Source: Patescibacteria group bacterium (GTDB lineage Bacteria; Patescibacteriota; Patescibacteriia; JAXHNJ01). Taken from it: a stretch of DNA of 64,000 bases. The translations under genes were made by a program, and so were the position numbers. The notes beneath the pieces are model-generated. The model saw only the letters and a list, made by a program, of their open reading frames with translations. It made no database searches and was not told the DNA's origin. The stretch spans positions 167,690-231,689 of the forward strand of contig JBAZMP010000003.1 of NCBI GenBank assembly GCA_041649715.1. The letters run 5' to 3'. Shown here in pieces: positions 1 through 9,482 of the stretch; the first letter of the stretch is position 1; each line of letters opens with the position of its first letter.

Positions 1-1216
1 GTATTTCCTGATTATCCATTAAATTGATAAAAATATTCGCCTGGTCATTGGCCCGGACCAGAATGGCAAAATCATTCCAGGTCAGGCTCCGGTTTTTCTT
101 CCTTAAGGCCAATATTTTTTCCACCACCCCCAGCGCCTCTTCTTCCTGGGTCAAAAAATGCAAATGCTCAATCTTGCCCAAACCCTTATTTTGGGCAATC
201 AGTTTTTTTGTGATCTTTACCGTCAGTAGTTCCCCCTTGTCATCAATCTGCTTTTTCCCCAATCTTGCTTCCAGGCGATTCGGATTGTTTAACTGTATGA
301 ATTTGTAAGATAGGTCCAGGATATTCTGCCGGTTACGGTAATTCTCGGTCAGGACGATCTCTTCGCAGGCAGGAAAATCCTTTTTGAATTCTAGAATATT
401 AGAGATGGCCGCCCCGCGGAACTTATAAATAGACTGGTCGTCATCCCCCACCACCGTAATATTTTTTTTGGATCCGGCTAAAAGCTTTAATAATTCGTAC
501 TGGGCGAAGTTGGTGTCCTGAAATTCATCCACCAGGATGTATTTAAACTGCTGACGGTATTTTTCCAAGATGTTTTTCCTTTGTTTCAATAAAGCCAGGG
601 CCTTGATAATAAGATCGCCGAAATCCAGCTGTCCTTTTTCTGTCAAAAGTGTCTGGTAGGTCTGGTAGGCTTTGGCCACCTCCAAAATCCTTTTGGCCTC
701 TTCGTTGTTATCGGCTTTTAATTTTTTATCGGCGTAAAAAATGAATTGTTCGGGCGTCACATTCTCATCCTTGGCCCGGGAAAAAACTTTGATTAAAGCA
801 TAAATGAACCGGGTGGGATTGCCCATGGGCTTATAATAATCCAATTCGAACCGGTTGAAGTTCTGCCGGATAAGCCGCCACTGTTCCACCTGATTTAAAA
901 GCTTAAAGCCAGGATCCAAGCCGATATCCAGGGCGTTATCCTTTAAAATCCTTTCCCCGAAAGAATGAAAAGTGGAAATCCACAAATCCACATAACCGTA
1001 AGGCAGCAGAATATCCGCCCTTTCCTCCATTTCTCCGGCCGCTTTGTCCGTAAAAGTCAGCGCGAGAATTTCTGAAGGTAAGGCTCTTTTTTCTTTAATC
1101 AAATAAGCCAATCTTTGGGTAATGACGGTAGTCTTGCCTGTTCCGGCGCCGGCGACAATCAAAAGCGGACCAGCCCCGTGTTCTATCGCTTTTCGTTGTT
1201 CGGGGTTTATTTTCAT
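1..1216 (-). CDS. UvrD/PcrA-family ATP-dependent DNA helicase (N-terminal part; runs off the window start)
   Basis: Not in the ORF track. Manual translation from ATG at 1216 gives MKINPEQRKAIEHGAGPLLIVAGAGTGKTTVITQR...LALTFTDKAA...STFHSF...ILVDEFQDTNFAQ...VVGDDDQSIYKFRGA, the SF1 helicase motifs. Confidence 0.93.
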   Translation of the reverse strand, partial: MKINPEQRKAIEHGAGPLLIVAGAGTGKTTVITQRLAYLIKEKRALPSEILALTFTDKAAGEMEERADILLPYGYVDLWISTFHSFGERILKDNALDIGLDPGFKLLNQVEQWRLIRQNFNRFELDYYKPMGNPTRFIYALIKVFSRAKDENVTPEQFIFYADKKLKADNNEEAKRILEVAKAYQTYQTLLTEKGQLDFGDLIIKALALLKQRKNILEKYRQQFKYILVDEFQDTNFAQYELLKLLAGSKKNITVVGDDDQSIYKFRGAAISNILEFKKDFPACEEIVLTENYRNRQNILDLSYKFIQLNNPNRLEARLGKKQIDDKGELLTVKITKKLIAQNKGLGKIEHLHFLTQEEEALGVVEKILALRKKNRSLTWNDFAILVRANDQANIFINLMDNQEI

Positions 1217-1252
1217 AAGTAAATTATAGCATTTTAAGCCGGTTTATGAAAT

Positions 1253-1324
1253 TTGACTAAAAAAATTCTTGTGCTAAGATACAAAAACATTATCTTTGTT
1301 CTTTTTAGCCTAGAAAAGGGAGGA
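1253..1324 (+). promoter_or_regulatory. sigma70-type promoter, boxA-like motif and SD
   Basis: TTGACT(1253)-16 nt-TAAGAT with extended TG; TTGTTCTTTTTAG at about 1296; AAAAGGGAGGA before ATG 1335. Confidence 0.6.
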
Positions 1325-1334
1325 TTAGATAAAA

Positions 1335-1523
1335 ATGCCGAGAGTCTGCCAATTCCAAGAGGAATGTATTAGTTATGTACCGTCAATGAATAGCCGCGAA
1401 AGACTTTGGTGGCTTCTGAAAAACATCTGCTGCCGATACGCAGAAAAAGGCCGCTGCCGGCGTAAATTATGCCTGGCGCATTACGACCAAGAGATCTTTC
1501 CTCAAAAAAAGAAGGGAGCCTAA
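1335..1523 (+). CDS. small Cys-rich hypothetical protein
   Basis: 62 aa ORF with 6 Cys, preceded by a promoter and SD and coupled to the next ORF. Confidence 0.6.
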   Translation: MPRVCQFQEECISYVPSMNSRERLWWLLKNICCRYAEKGRCRRKLCLAHYDQEIFPQKKKGA

Positions 1524-1524
1524 A

Positions 1525-1791
1525 ATGGCCGAAGAGAGAAAGGAAAACAAAAAGATGGTAACCCTGGAAACCGATCCCCTGCTGGCAGATTTCGCCAAAA
1601 TCCTCAACAGCAACCGCAGCGCGGCAAGAAAACACGAGCAACTCCGCCGCTTCATGCACCTTCAGACCCTGCGTATCCGCACCCGGGAAATCGAGGGAGT
1701 TATACACGACACTCACGCCACGGAAGGCACCATGGTCGGCCTGCACGCCCTTATCCTTACCAAAATGATGGATCTCGGCTTGAAAAAATAG
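1525..1791 (+). CDS. hypothetical protein
   Basis: 88 aa ORF, SD-like AAGGGAG upstream, terminator downstream. Confidence 0.65.
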   Translation: MAEERKENKKMVTLETDPLLADFAKILNSNRSAARKHEQLRRFMHLQTLRIRTREIEGVIHDTHATEGTMVGLHALILTKMMDLGLKK

Positions 1792-1806
1792 CCCGCCCGA
1801 AACCAA

Positions 1807-1835
1807 AACCCTGTCCCGAAAAGACAGGGTTTTTT
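1807..1835 (+). terminator. intrinsic terminator
   Basis: AACCCTGTC-CCGAAAA-GACAGGGTT hairpin followed by a T run. Confidence 0.8.
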
Positions 1836-1884
1836 ATCCAGTTAAAAATCAGGTTTCTAACGAAAAATTGCCCGTTATGACTTT

Positions 1885-2664
1885 TTGTGGTTTACTGATA
1901 ATAATATCCACAACTTTCTTACAAACATAAAAATTAATAAATTCGACAAAATTAGCCAAGTATTTTCTTCTACCGTTAATCAAACAAAAGAGTTTGTCCG
2001 CACCCCTTTATTTCTGAAACTTATTGGTGACGTAAGAAATAAAAATGTGGCTGATTTTGGCTGCGGCGACGGTTTTTTTACCAGGATACTGGCGCAAAAT
2101 TTTGCCCGTAAAGTCATGGGCGTTGATTATTCTGAAAAGATGATTAAAACAGCCATTGAGAAAGAAAAAGTGAATCCCCTAAAGATCACGTATTTATTGG
2201 AAGATGTCAGATTTTTAAGAATGAAAGAAAAATTCGATTTGATATCGGCCGTATATCTTTTAGATTATGCCGAATCTAAAGAGGACCTATTAAAAATGGC
2301 CCTGACTGCTTATCACCATCTTAATCCAGGGGGAAAATTTTGCGCCATTGTTCCACATCCACATATTCAACCAACGAAAGATTTTGAATTTGAAAGAAAA
2401 ATAACTTCCCTAGATAATAAAGATAAATTCAAAGACGGAGACCGATTGAAATGCGAGATCAAAAAAAATGATAAACAATTCGAGTTTATTTTTTATTATT
2501 GGTCAAAAGACACTTATAACAATATATTATCTAAAGCCGGCTTCAAAGACATTACGTGGGTTGAACCATTTATCTCGGAAAGGGGCCTTAAATTATTCGG
2601 TCCAGAATATTGGCAAAATTTTCTGAAAAAACCATCAACCATCGGTTTTATCGGCCATAAATAA
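1885..2664 (+). CDS. class I SAM-dependent methyltransferase (start uncertain)
   Basis: Motif I VADFGCGDG, GVDYSEKM, FDLISAVYLL and LNPGGKF; AT-rich gene. Confidence 0.85.
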   Translation: MWFTDNNIHNFLTNIKINKFDKISQVFSSTVNQTKEFVRTPLFLKLIGDVRNKNVADFGCGDGFFTRILAQNFARKVMGVDYSEKMIKTAIEKEKVNPLKITYLLEDVRFLRMKEKFDLISAVYLLDYAESKEDLLKMALTAYHHLNPGGKFCAIVPHPHIQPTKDFEFERKITSLDNKDKFKDGDRLKCEIKKNDKQFEFIFYYWSKDTYNNILSKAGFKDITWVEPFISERGLKLFGPEYWQNFLKKPSTIGFIGHK

Positions 2665-2750
2665 TTATTTGACAACCCTATCTTAAGGCGCTAAGATTTT
2701 AAGCAACAATCGATAATCGATCTTTTCAAAATCACACCGAAGGGAAAACC

Positions 2751-2966
2751 ATGACGCTCGAAACACTCTGTCTTCATCAGAAACACCCCAACGACTGCGA
2801 ACACTATTACCACCCCAATCTGGAAAGAGAAGGCGAAGAAGCCTGCCGCAAGCATCATCTCTGCGCGTATTGTAAAGACGGCCGCTGCCAAAATCCGCGC
2901 ATCGGCAAATATCGAGGCAAATTAGTTCTGCCGAAAGTACAATCACCCGAGCGCGCCCTTCAATAA
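2751..2966 (+). CDS. small Cys/His-rich putative metal-binding protein
   Basis: C..H..H...C.H and CRKHHLCAYC....C; upstream TTGACA(2669)-17-TAAGAT; hairpin plus T run spanning the stop. Confidence 0.6.
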   Translation: MTLETLCLHQKHPNDCEHYYHPNLEREGEEACRKHHLCAYCKDGRCQNPRIGKYRGKLVLPKVQSPERALQ

Positions 2967-2990
2967 CTTGTAAGGGCGTTTTTTTAGACA

Positions 2991-3059
2991 AGTCCAGACT
3001 CAAGACACCCGCGCTGTTTTTCGTGGCAAACACAACGCGGATCTCTTGAGCCCGCGTTG
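2991..3059. repeat. REP doublet (REPIN-like) related to the hairpins inside the RAYT gene
   Basis: Minus copy ACAGCGCGGGTGTCTTGAG (ends 3017) and plus copy ACAACGCGGATCTCTTGAGCCCGCG (3032). The 15-mer CCCGCGCTGTTTTTC is identical at 3008 and 49172. Confidence 0.6.
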
Positions 3060-3066
3060 GCTTTTT

Positions 3067-3411
3067 TTATTTCTTTACAATTTTATGCGGATGATATTTT
3101 TCCACGTAGTAAATCTGTCTATCAATTTCTTCAAACGAAAAATCTGCCCCGTCTGTGACAATCAGTTTTATTTCCCCGTCATTTTCCCTTAAAACCACGG
3201 CGATAACTATTCCGTCAAAATTAACCAGAGGCTTATCCGGTCCCAAAATATAGGCATCAATTTCTTCCCCGTCAGCTTCCGACTTCGTTCCGGGAATAAA
3301 ACCGTAATTAGTTTGATACTTATTCTGCGGATAATCGGGATGCGCCGAATTTAAGGGCCGGTCGATAGCCACTTTCACCTTTTTTCCTAACCACTGTTTA
3401 TAATTATCCAT
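3067..3411 (-). CDS. small inorganic pyrophosphatase-family protein
   Basis: VAIDRPL..HP....Y.TNYGFIPGT...DGEEIDAYILG. Start placed at ATG 3411, just after the upstream stop. Confidence 0.8.
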   Translation of the reverse strand: MDNYKQWLGKKVKVAIDRPLNSAHPDYPQNKYQTNYGFIPGTKSEADGEEIDAYILGPDKPLVNFDGIVIAVVLRENDGEIKLIVTDGADFSFEEIDRQIYYVEKYHPHKIVKK

Positions 3412-3412
3412 A

Positions 3413-4066
3413 TTATTTCCCCTTTTCCTTCCCCCAACAAACAATCAGGGCGTGAAATTCATTATATAATTTGTAAGACTTCGGCAATCGTTTTTCAAAA
3501 TATTCTTTATATTCATTATAAGTTTTAAATTCAACGCCGTACTTTTTACACAGTCTTCGGGTATAGGCGTCGATGACAAAGGAAGGCTTTCCGCCTGCGT
3601 ATAATAAAATTGAATCGGCTGTTTCCGGACCGATGCCGTGGACCGCCAATAATTCCTCGCGGCATTTTTTTAATGGTTTCTTAAAGAACTTTTTTAGACT
3701 GCCTTGATAATTTTCCATAAGCCATAAACTATACGCCTTAAGCTTTTTGGCTTTTTCATTATAATAGCCCGAGGAGCGAATCAACCCCCTTAATTTAATT
3801 GGCGAAATATTCAATATTTTTCTCGGAGACAATATTCTTTCCTTTTTAAGTTTATAAATGGCACGCTCCACGTTTCCCCAATTCGTATTCTGGGTTAATA
3901 TCGCCCCCAGACAGACTTCAAACATATTTTTCTCATTATTGACACATATTTTCTTTCTCAATATCTTATCCTCTTGATCTCTCGATATCTTTATATCTAG
4001 CACCGGCCACCAATCCTGGCGTCCGTATTTTTTCGACAAACTCAGATAAATCTTGATTAAATTCAT
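3413..4066 (-). CDS. HhH-GPD endonuclease III-related DNA glycosylase (no C-terminal Fe-S cluster)
   Basis: GAILTQNTNW, LLAVHGIGPETADSILLY, VIDAY. Confidence 0.9.
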   Translation of the reverse strand: MNLIKIYLSLSKKYGRQDWWPVLDIKISRDQEDKILRKKICVNNEKNMFEVCLGAILTQNTNWGNVERAIYKLKKERILSPRKILNISPIKLRGLIRSSGYYNEKAKKLKAYSLWLMENYQGSLKKFFKKPLKKCREELLAVHGIGPETADSILLYAGGKPSFVIDAYTRRLCKKYGVEFKTYNEYKEYFEKRLPKSYKLYNEFHALIVCWGKEKGK

Positions 4067-4145
4067 GATCGTATTATATCTTTTTTAAACCAAATAAAAA
4101 AGCCCTGCTCATAAGAACAGGGCTTTGGTTAAATGTACAAAAATA

Positions 4146-5462
4146 CTAGGCGAATACTTCCGGTGGTATTTCTACCGCTTCTGACCTTTCCGGACCGACC
4201 GTCACGAAAGGAATAGGCAGTCCAGTCTGCCTGGTGATCTCCTTCAAGAATCCCTTGGCTTCATCCGGCAAATCCTCCCAGTGCCGACAGTGGCCGGTAT
4301 TTTTCTGCCAGCCCGGCAAAGTGAAGTAAACCGGTGTCAAAGTCTCAAGATAGCGGGGCTCAACCGACGGAACCTCATCAAGTCGCCTCCCATTTGCGTC
4401 CTGGTAAGCGATGATGATTTTCACTTCCGACATAGTGTCAAGCACATCAAGTTTGGTCACCGGCGTCAGAATCTGACCGTACGGTGTTCTCATCCTTTTG
4501 AGAATCCAGCGGATAAGAACCGTGTCGAGCCAGCTTACCCGGCGTTTCCGGCCGGTCGTCTCTCCTATTTCATGACCTCGATCGCAAATTATCTCTCCGT
4601 ACACGTCAAAAAGCTCGCCGACCAGTGGTCCGTTGCCGACTCGGGTGGTATAAGCTTTAGTCGCCATGTAGGCCTTATCCCACCAGCCGATGTCGTGCAG
4701 CAAACCAGGCAAGGTCGTCGTGGAAGAGGTAACGAAAGGATAAGTACCGTGGTCGATATCGAGCATCCCTCCTTGAGCGCCTTCAACCAAAACGCTTTCC
4801 CTCTTTTCGATGACCTTCCAGATGAGATCAGTCATGTTGGTCACAGAGAAACACCTGGCCATCTCCAAAGCAGCTTCGTAGTAACACCGGCATTCTTCCT
4901 GGTATTCGTCCAGAGGAGAATCATGCGGAAACCGGAACTGCTTTGCGTAATACTTTACCAGCTTCTGGTACCGCTCTTCGAAACCCGGAGAAAGAACATC
5001 GGCGACCCGGATAGCGGTCCAGCGTTCTCTGGCTGAAGCATAAGCCAGACCGATACCCTTGCCGGTCGTTCCGATCGGATGGTCAGAGAATTTCTCCAGG
5101 ATCGCTTCTTTCCGCTTATGCCAAGGGAAAATCAGATGGGCCTGAGGTGAAATGTAAATCTCGTTCTTGAACGGCAAGTTCAGGGCTTTTACAGCCGCCA
5201 CTTCCTTCAGAAATCCCACGGGATCGATCACCATTCCCGTACCGAGAGCGCAATCGACGCTCGGGGTAAAAGCACTGGAAGGGATCTGGTGAAAGGCGAG
5301 GCTCTTGTCGCCGACAGTTACGCGATGTCCGGCATTCGGTCCGCCTTGAAAGCGGACGTTCAGACCGAATCTTTGCGACTGCAGCAAATAGTCAACCACC
5401 CTGGCTTTGCCCTCATCGCCGAACAAGAAATCACCGACAAAAACTATTTCTCCCCTCATCAC
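4146..5462 (-). CDS. purA: adenylosuccinate synthetase
   Basis: GDEGK, RFQGGPNAGH, GTTGKGIG, EGAQG..LDIDHGTYPFVTSS, KAYTTRVGNGP, TTGRKRR, TKLDVLD. Confidence 0.96.
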   Translation of the reverse strand: MMRGEIVFVGDFLFGDEGKARVVDYLLQSQRFGLNVRFQGGPNAGHRVTVGDKSLAFHQIPSSAFTPSVDCALGTGMVIDPVGFLKEVAAVKALNLPFKNEIYISPQAHLIFPWHKRKEAILEKFSDHPIGTTGKGIGLAYASARERWTAIRVADVLSPGFEERYQKLVKYYAKQFRFPHDSPLDEYQEECRCYYEAALEMARCFSVTNMTDLIWKVIEKRESVLVEGAQGGMLDIDHGTYPFVTSSTTTLPGLLHDIGWWDKAYMATKAYTTRVGNGPLVGELFDVYGEIICDRGHEIGETTGRKRRVSWLDTVLIRWILKRMRTPYGQILTPVTKLDVLDTMSEVKIIIAYQDANGRRLDEVPSVEPRYLETLTPVYFTLPGWQKNTGHCRHWEDLPDEAKGFLKEITRQTGLPIPFVTVGPERSEAVEIPPEVFA

Positions 5463-6976
5463 TTCTCACCTCCCATCGGGTAGTTCGGCGCACTTTCCGT
5501 GATAATAATGTCGTGCGGATGGCTTTCCCGTACCCCGGCCGCTGTCACCTGCATGTAGGAAGTTTCCCAGAGATCAGTGATCCGCTCGGCGCCGCAATAG
5601 CCCATGCCGGCGCGCAAGCCGCCCATCAGCTGATAAACAACGTTGGCCAAGGCTCCTTTTATCGGAGTGCGACCCTCAATGCCTTCCGCAATGAGCTTAT
5701 CGCGATCCTTGACATCGCCCTGCTTGTACCGTTCCGCGCTGCCTTCCTGCATGGCAGAAATCGAGCCCATCCCACGGTAAATCTTGTAGTTTTTACCCTG
5801 GTAAGGAATAATCTCGCCGGGGCTTTCATCCGTGCCGGCGAAAAGCGAGCCAATCATGACTGAGCTGGCTCCCGCCGCCAAAGCCTTAACGATATCCCCT
5901 GAATAACGGATACCGCCATCGGCAATCAAGGGCACGCCTGCCTTGTGGCAGACTTCAGCGCATTCCAGGATCGCAGAAAACTGGGCCATGCCTACGCCCG
6001 TAATCACCCGTGTGGTACAGATGGCCGAAGGCCCCATCCCGACCTTTATCGCGTCCGCGCCCCAATCGATTAAATCCTGCGCTGCTTGAGCCGTGACTAC
6101 GTTGCCAGCTATGACCGGTAAAGTCGGATACCGCTCGTTCAGACGCTCAAGCATGTTCTTCATGTTCTTCAGATTATCACCATGAGCGGTATCAACCACA
6201 ATCACATCGACCCCGGCTTTGACCAAAAGATCAACTCGCTCCTGGTTATTCAGCCACACGTCGCCAACGGCGGCCCCGACAAGCAATCTGCCCTTTCCAT
6301 CCAGAGCGACCTGCGGATAAAGAGAGCGCTTTCGGATGTCATTGCGGGTATAAAGCCCGACCAGGATTTTCTTTTTTCCGTCCATCCGGATAACCGGCAG
6401 CTTTTCCACCCGCTTCTCCATCATTCTCTGCTCTGCTTCTTGAGGCGTGACGCCTTCATTAGCCGTCACCAGTTCGCGCGTCATGATCTCTGTCACCCTT
6501 CTCGTCTTCATCTCGGCTACCGGACAGGATTCCACGTCCTTGTGGGTAACAATACCCAAAAGTTCACGGTCTTGCCCGATCACCGGCAGACCCGCCACCC
6601 GACACTTAATCATATACCGGCTGACTTCTTCCACCGTCTGCTCCGGCGTGCAAGTGTAAGGGTCAGGAATCAAAGCATTCATCCAGCGCTTGACCCGCTC
6701 TACTTGTCCCGCCTGAATTCCCGGCGAAAGGTTACGGTGAATGATACCGATGCCGCCATCCAAATCTACCGCAATGGCTAATTCGAACTCGGTCACCGTG
6801 TCCATGGCCGCTGAGACTATGGGGATATTTAGTTTAATCGCCCTCTTTTTTCCCCGACTGGCCGTTATATCAGTGCCGATTTCCACCTCGTGCGGCATCT
6901 TGACGGCCAGGCCCGGTCGTAACAACACATCGTCAAACGTTAAACCGAGACCTTTAAATCTTTCCTTCGCCTCCAT
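5459..6976 (-). CDS. guaB: IMP dehydrogenase with CBS domains
   Basis: [31 protein letters not shown] (catalytic Cys), IADGGI, YRGMGS. Confidence 0.97.
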   Translation of the reverse strand: MEAKERFKGLGLTFDDVLLRPGLAVKMPHEVEIGTDITASRGKKRAIKLNIPIVSAAMDTVTEFELAIAVDLDGGIGIIHRNLSPGIQAGQVERVKRWMNALIPDPYTCTPEQTVEEVSRYMIKCRVAGLPVIGQDRELLGIVTHKDVESCPVAEMKTRRVTEIMTRELVTANEGVTPQEAEQRMMEKRVEKLPVIRMDGKKKILVGLYTRNDIRKRSLYPQVALDGKGRLLVGAAVGDVWLNNQERVDLLVKAGVDVIVVDTAHGDNLKNMKNMLERLNERYPTLPVIAGNVVTAQAAQDLIDWGADAIKVGMGPSAICTTRVITGVGMAQFSAILECAEVCHKAGVPLIADGGIRYSGDIVKALAAGASSVMIGSLFAGTDESPGEIIPYQGKNYKIYRGMGSISAMQEGSAERYKQGDVKDRDKLIAEGIEGRTPIKGALANVVYQLMGGLRAGMGYCGAERITDLWETSYMQVTAAGVRESHPHDIIITESAPNYPMGGEK

Positions 6977-6979
6977 TTT

Positions 6980-7123
6980 CCCTCACTCCTTTCTCAGTTC
7001 TGCAAATACCCAATTTACTGACGGTTTTATTCCACTCCTTTCCTTGTTTTCTTTGAATTTTCAATGAGCATGCTTTCAAAAAGCGAGTCCTTTACCTTAC
7101 CAAAAAAGGCTGACTTTTGTCAA
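6980..7123 (-). promoter_or_regulatory. promoter, boxA-like motifs and SD for guaB-purA
   Basis: TTGACA(7123)-18-TAAGGT; GCTTTTTGAAAG and TGCTCATTGAAAAT; GAAAGGAGTG occurs twice in the leader. Confidence 0.55.
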
Positions 7124-7158
7124 CTTCATATAGGCCGGCTTGTCTGATATCTCAATTG

Positions 7159-7344
7159 CTAAAATTTTATTCCGAAATGGTCGCCCCAAAATCGGAGGAA
7201 AACTAAGATAAGAGCCATGAGAAACAAGGCCCAAAACAGCTTTAGGAAATTAAAGCCCTTTTTCAAACCCTCTTTGACGGGATTATAAACCGGCCCCCCA
7301 TACTTTATCTTATCGCGGGCTCTTTGGTAATCGGAAAGCTTCAT
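7159..7344 (-). CDS. small single-TM hypothetical protein
   Basis: 61 aa with a hydrophobic C-terminus; ATGA overlap with rmuC. Confidence 0.65.
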   Translation of the reverse strand: MKLSDYQRARDKIKYGGPVYNPVKEGLKKGFNFLKLFWALFLMALILVFLRFWGDHFGIKF

Positions 7345-8399
7345 TCTTCTCCTTCTTTAGGCTTTTCTAATTCTATCGGCTCCACCCCGCCACCCGTACC
7401 AGCGATCTTGAATACATCCCTGTCAATCTTTTTAAACTCCTTATAAGCGGTGTTATAACTGCCCACCGCCGTGCCTAATTGGCTGCCTAATTTTTCCAGA
7501 TAAGAGTCAAAATTCAAAATATGCTTGCCTAAGACCTCCACGTTCTTTCTAATCTCCAGGGCCGACTCCTCAATCTGCAGCGCTCTCAACCCCTGCAAGA
7601 CCATCTGCAGATAGGCCATGAATGTGGTCGGCGAAACAATGATCACATGCTTTTCCTTGAAAGCGTAATCGATGAGATCACGGGTGGAAATCTTGACCGC
7701 TCCGACCTTGTTCACCAGCAGGTCGTAATAAATCGCTTCGGAAGGAATAAACATGAAGGCGAAGTCATAGGTTTTTTCGGCCGGCCGGACATACTTGGCG
7801 GTTTCGTCAATCCGGTTTTTTAAATCCTGTTTAAAAAGTTTTTCCAGTTCCTGGCGCCTTTCTTCATTATGTTCTTCAACAATCTTATTATAATTTTCCA
7901 GAGAAAACTTGGAATCCACCGAGATGATTTTATCTTTAATGAAAATAACCGCGTCCACGATTTCCCCGTTTTTGAACTTATACTGCATCTGGTAGCTTTT
8001 CGGCGGCAAAACGTTCTTTAAAACGGTCTCCAAATAATATTCCCCCAAAATCCCCCTTTGTTTGGGATTCTTCAAAATATCCTGCAAAGACTGCAATTGA
8101 TCGGAAAAATTCAATACCTGGCGGTTCGTCTCGTCTAATTTCGTCAGTTTTTCCGTCACCTCGCGGATTATCTGGGCATCCTGGCTGCGCTGGGCGGCAA
8201 ACATTTTCGTGGACTCGCCCATTTTATTGTCCAAAGTCCGGTTGATCTCACTGATCTGGTTCTGCAGCATCAAAAGAGACTGTTCATCTTTTTTAACCTC
8301 TCCCAACCCCTTGAGTTTCCGGGACAAAATAAAGTAAATAAAAACCGCCAAAAACACTCCCACGAGAATAACGCCGATAATTATTGACCATGTTTGCAT
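7341..8399 (-). CDS. rmuC: DNA recombination protein RmuC
   Basis: N-terminal TM, coiled coil, KQRGILGE, VDSKF, FAFMFIPSE, VSPTT. Confidence 0.93.
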   Translation of the reverse strand: MQTWSIIIGVILVGVFLAVFIYFILSRKLKGLGEVKKDEQSLLMLQNQISEINRTLDNKMGESTKMFAAQRSQDAQIIREVTEKLTKLDETNRQVLNFSDQLQSLQDILKNPKQRGILGEYYLETVLKNVLPPKSYQMQYKFKNGEIVDAVIFIKDKIISVDSKFSLENYNKIVEEHNEERRQELEKLFKQDLKNRIDETAKYVRPAEKTYDFAFMFIPSEAIYYDLLVNKVGAVKISTRDLIDYAFKEKHVIIVSPTTFMAYLQMVLQGLRALQIEESALEIRKNVEVLGKHILNFDSYLEKLGSQLGTAVGSYNTAYKEFKKIDRDVFKIAGTGGGVEPIELEKPKEGEE

Positions 8400-8438
8400 A
8401 ATCTTGATATCTTAATCGCTTGATATCTTGATATCTTA
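8400..8438. repeat. 8-nt tandem micro-repeat (TTGATATC/TTAATCGC family)
   Basis: ATCTTGATATCTTAATCGCTTGATATCTTGATATCTT; related arrays at about 18983-19042, 31220-31275 and 55333-55366. Confidence 0.75.
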
Positions 8439-8440
8439 TT

Positions 8441-9217
8441 TTAAATCTTAAAAAATCCTTCCGCGTTCTTTCCCGTCTGCTCAACCACTTTTTCCACCGG
8501 AATATTTTTCAATTCAGCGATTTTCTTGGCCACTTCGACAACGTATATCGGCTCGCAACGTTTGCCGCGATACGCCTGAGGCGCCAAATAAGGCGCATCG
8601 GTTTCTATAAACATCTTTTCTAATGGCACCTCTTTTACCACGGAAAAGAGTTCTTGGTCATCGGTAAAAGTGATAATGCCGGTAAACCCCAAGTAAAAGC
8701 CCAGAGCCAACAAACGTCGGGCAATTTCGCGGGAAGACAAAAAGCAATGGACGACCGCCGGAATCTCTTCTTCTTCTTTCATCAATGCGATCAGATCCTC
8801 ATAAGCGTCCCGGCAGTGCAAAATCACCGGCACGCCCGCTTGTCTGGCCACGCCCAAATGTTTCTTCAAAAGCTCTTTCTGCCCTTCTTTGGCTCTTGCT
8901 TCTTCTTCTTTGGACTCCGCCCACATCTGGTAATAATCCAAGCCCGTTTCCCCGACGGCCACCACTTTATTATCTTTGGCCAGTTTCAAATATTCTTCCG
9001 GCGAGAATTCTTCGTCATTGATATGGGTCGGGTGCAGACCGACGGCCCCAAAAACAAAATCAAACTCATGGGACATATCAGCGGCTTTTTTACTGTTTTG
9101 CATCTGCGAACCGACCGTTATCACCTTCATCCCTTTTTCTTGACAACGCTTGGCCACCTCACGATAATCTTTCTCAAAAGCCTCGAAATTTAAATGACAA
9201 TGGGTGTCTATTAGCAT
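8441..9217 (-). CDS. tatD: TatD-family hydrolase/nuclease
   Basis: IDTHCHL, GLHP, AVGETGLDY, HCRDA, ETDAPYLAP. Confidence 0.95.
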   Translation of the reverse strand: MLIDTHCHLNFEAFEKDYREVAKRCQEKGMKVITVGSQMQNSKKAADMSHEFDFVFGAVGLHPTHINDEEFSPEEYLKLAKDNKVVAVGETGLDYYQMWAESKEEEARAKEGQKELLKKHLGVARQAGVPVILHCRDAYEDLIALMKEEEEIPAVVHCFLSSREIARRLLALGFYLGFTGIITFTDDQELFSVVKEVPLEKMFIETDAPYLAPQAYRGKRCEPIYVVEVAKKIAELKNIPVEKVVEQTGKNAEGFFKI

Positions 9218-9284
9218 GTTTGTTGGTTTATTTTTCTACCTACTATTATTCTTGATATTTTAATTGTGCTTATAATAATGGTTT

Positions 9285-9462
9285 AAATCCCAAGCACCAA
9301 ATCCCAAGCACCAAACAAATTCGAAATCACAATTTTCTAAATTCCAAACCGCTCGCCTTTAAGATTATGTATATTATTTTGAATTTTGGAATTTTCCGCC
9401 AAAGGCGGATCAGCCCCGGGCTGAGAATTTGTTTTGAATTTTGTGCTTTGGATTTTGGATTT
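9285..9462. repeat. inverted heptamer arrays with an inserted double-hairpin REP-like element
   Basis: Left arm AAATCCC-AAGCACC x2 etc.; right arm TTTGAAT/TTTGGAT units; TCCGCCAAAGGCGGA-TCAGCCCCGGGCTGA at 9395-9424. Confidence 0.75.
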
Positions 9463-9482
9463 GGAGAAAATAGACAAACAAG

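Noticed and set aside
4281-6781. Long plus-strand ORFs (251 aa, 199 aa and others) opposite purA/guaB, and similar shadow ORFs across the window
   Set aside because: They are antisense shadows of well-supported genes, with no motifs or expression signals.
6980-7100. Purine riboswitch upstream of guaB
   Set aside because: The conserved aptamer core (TATAAT...GG...GTTTCTACC...CCGTAAA) is not present.
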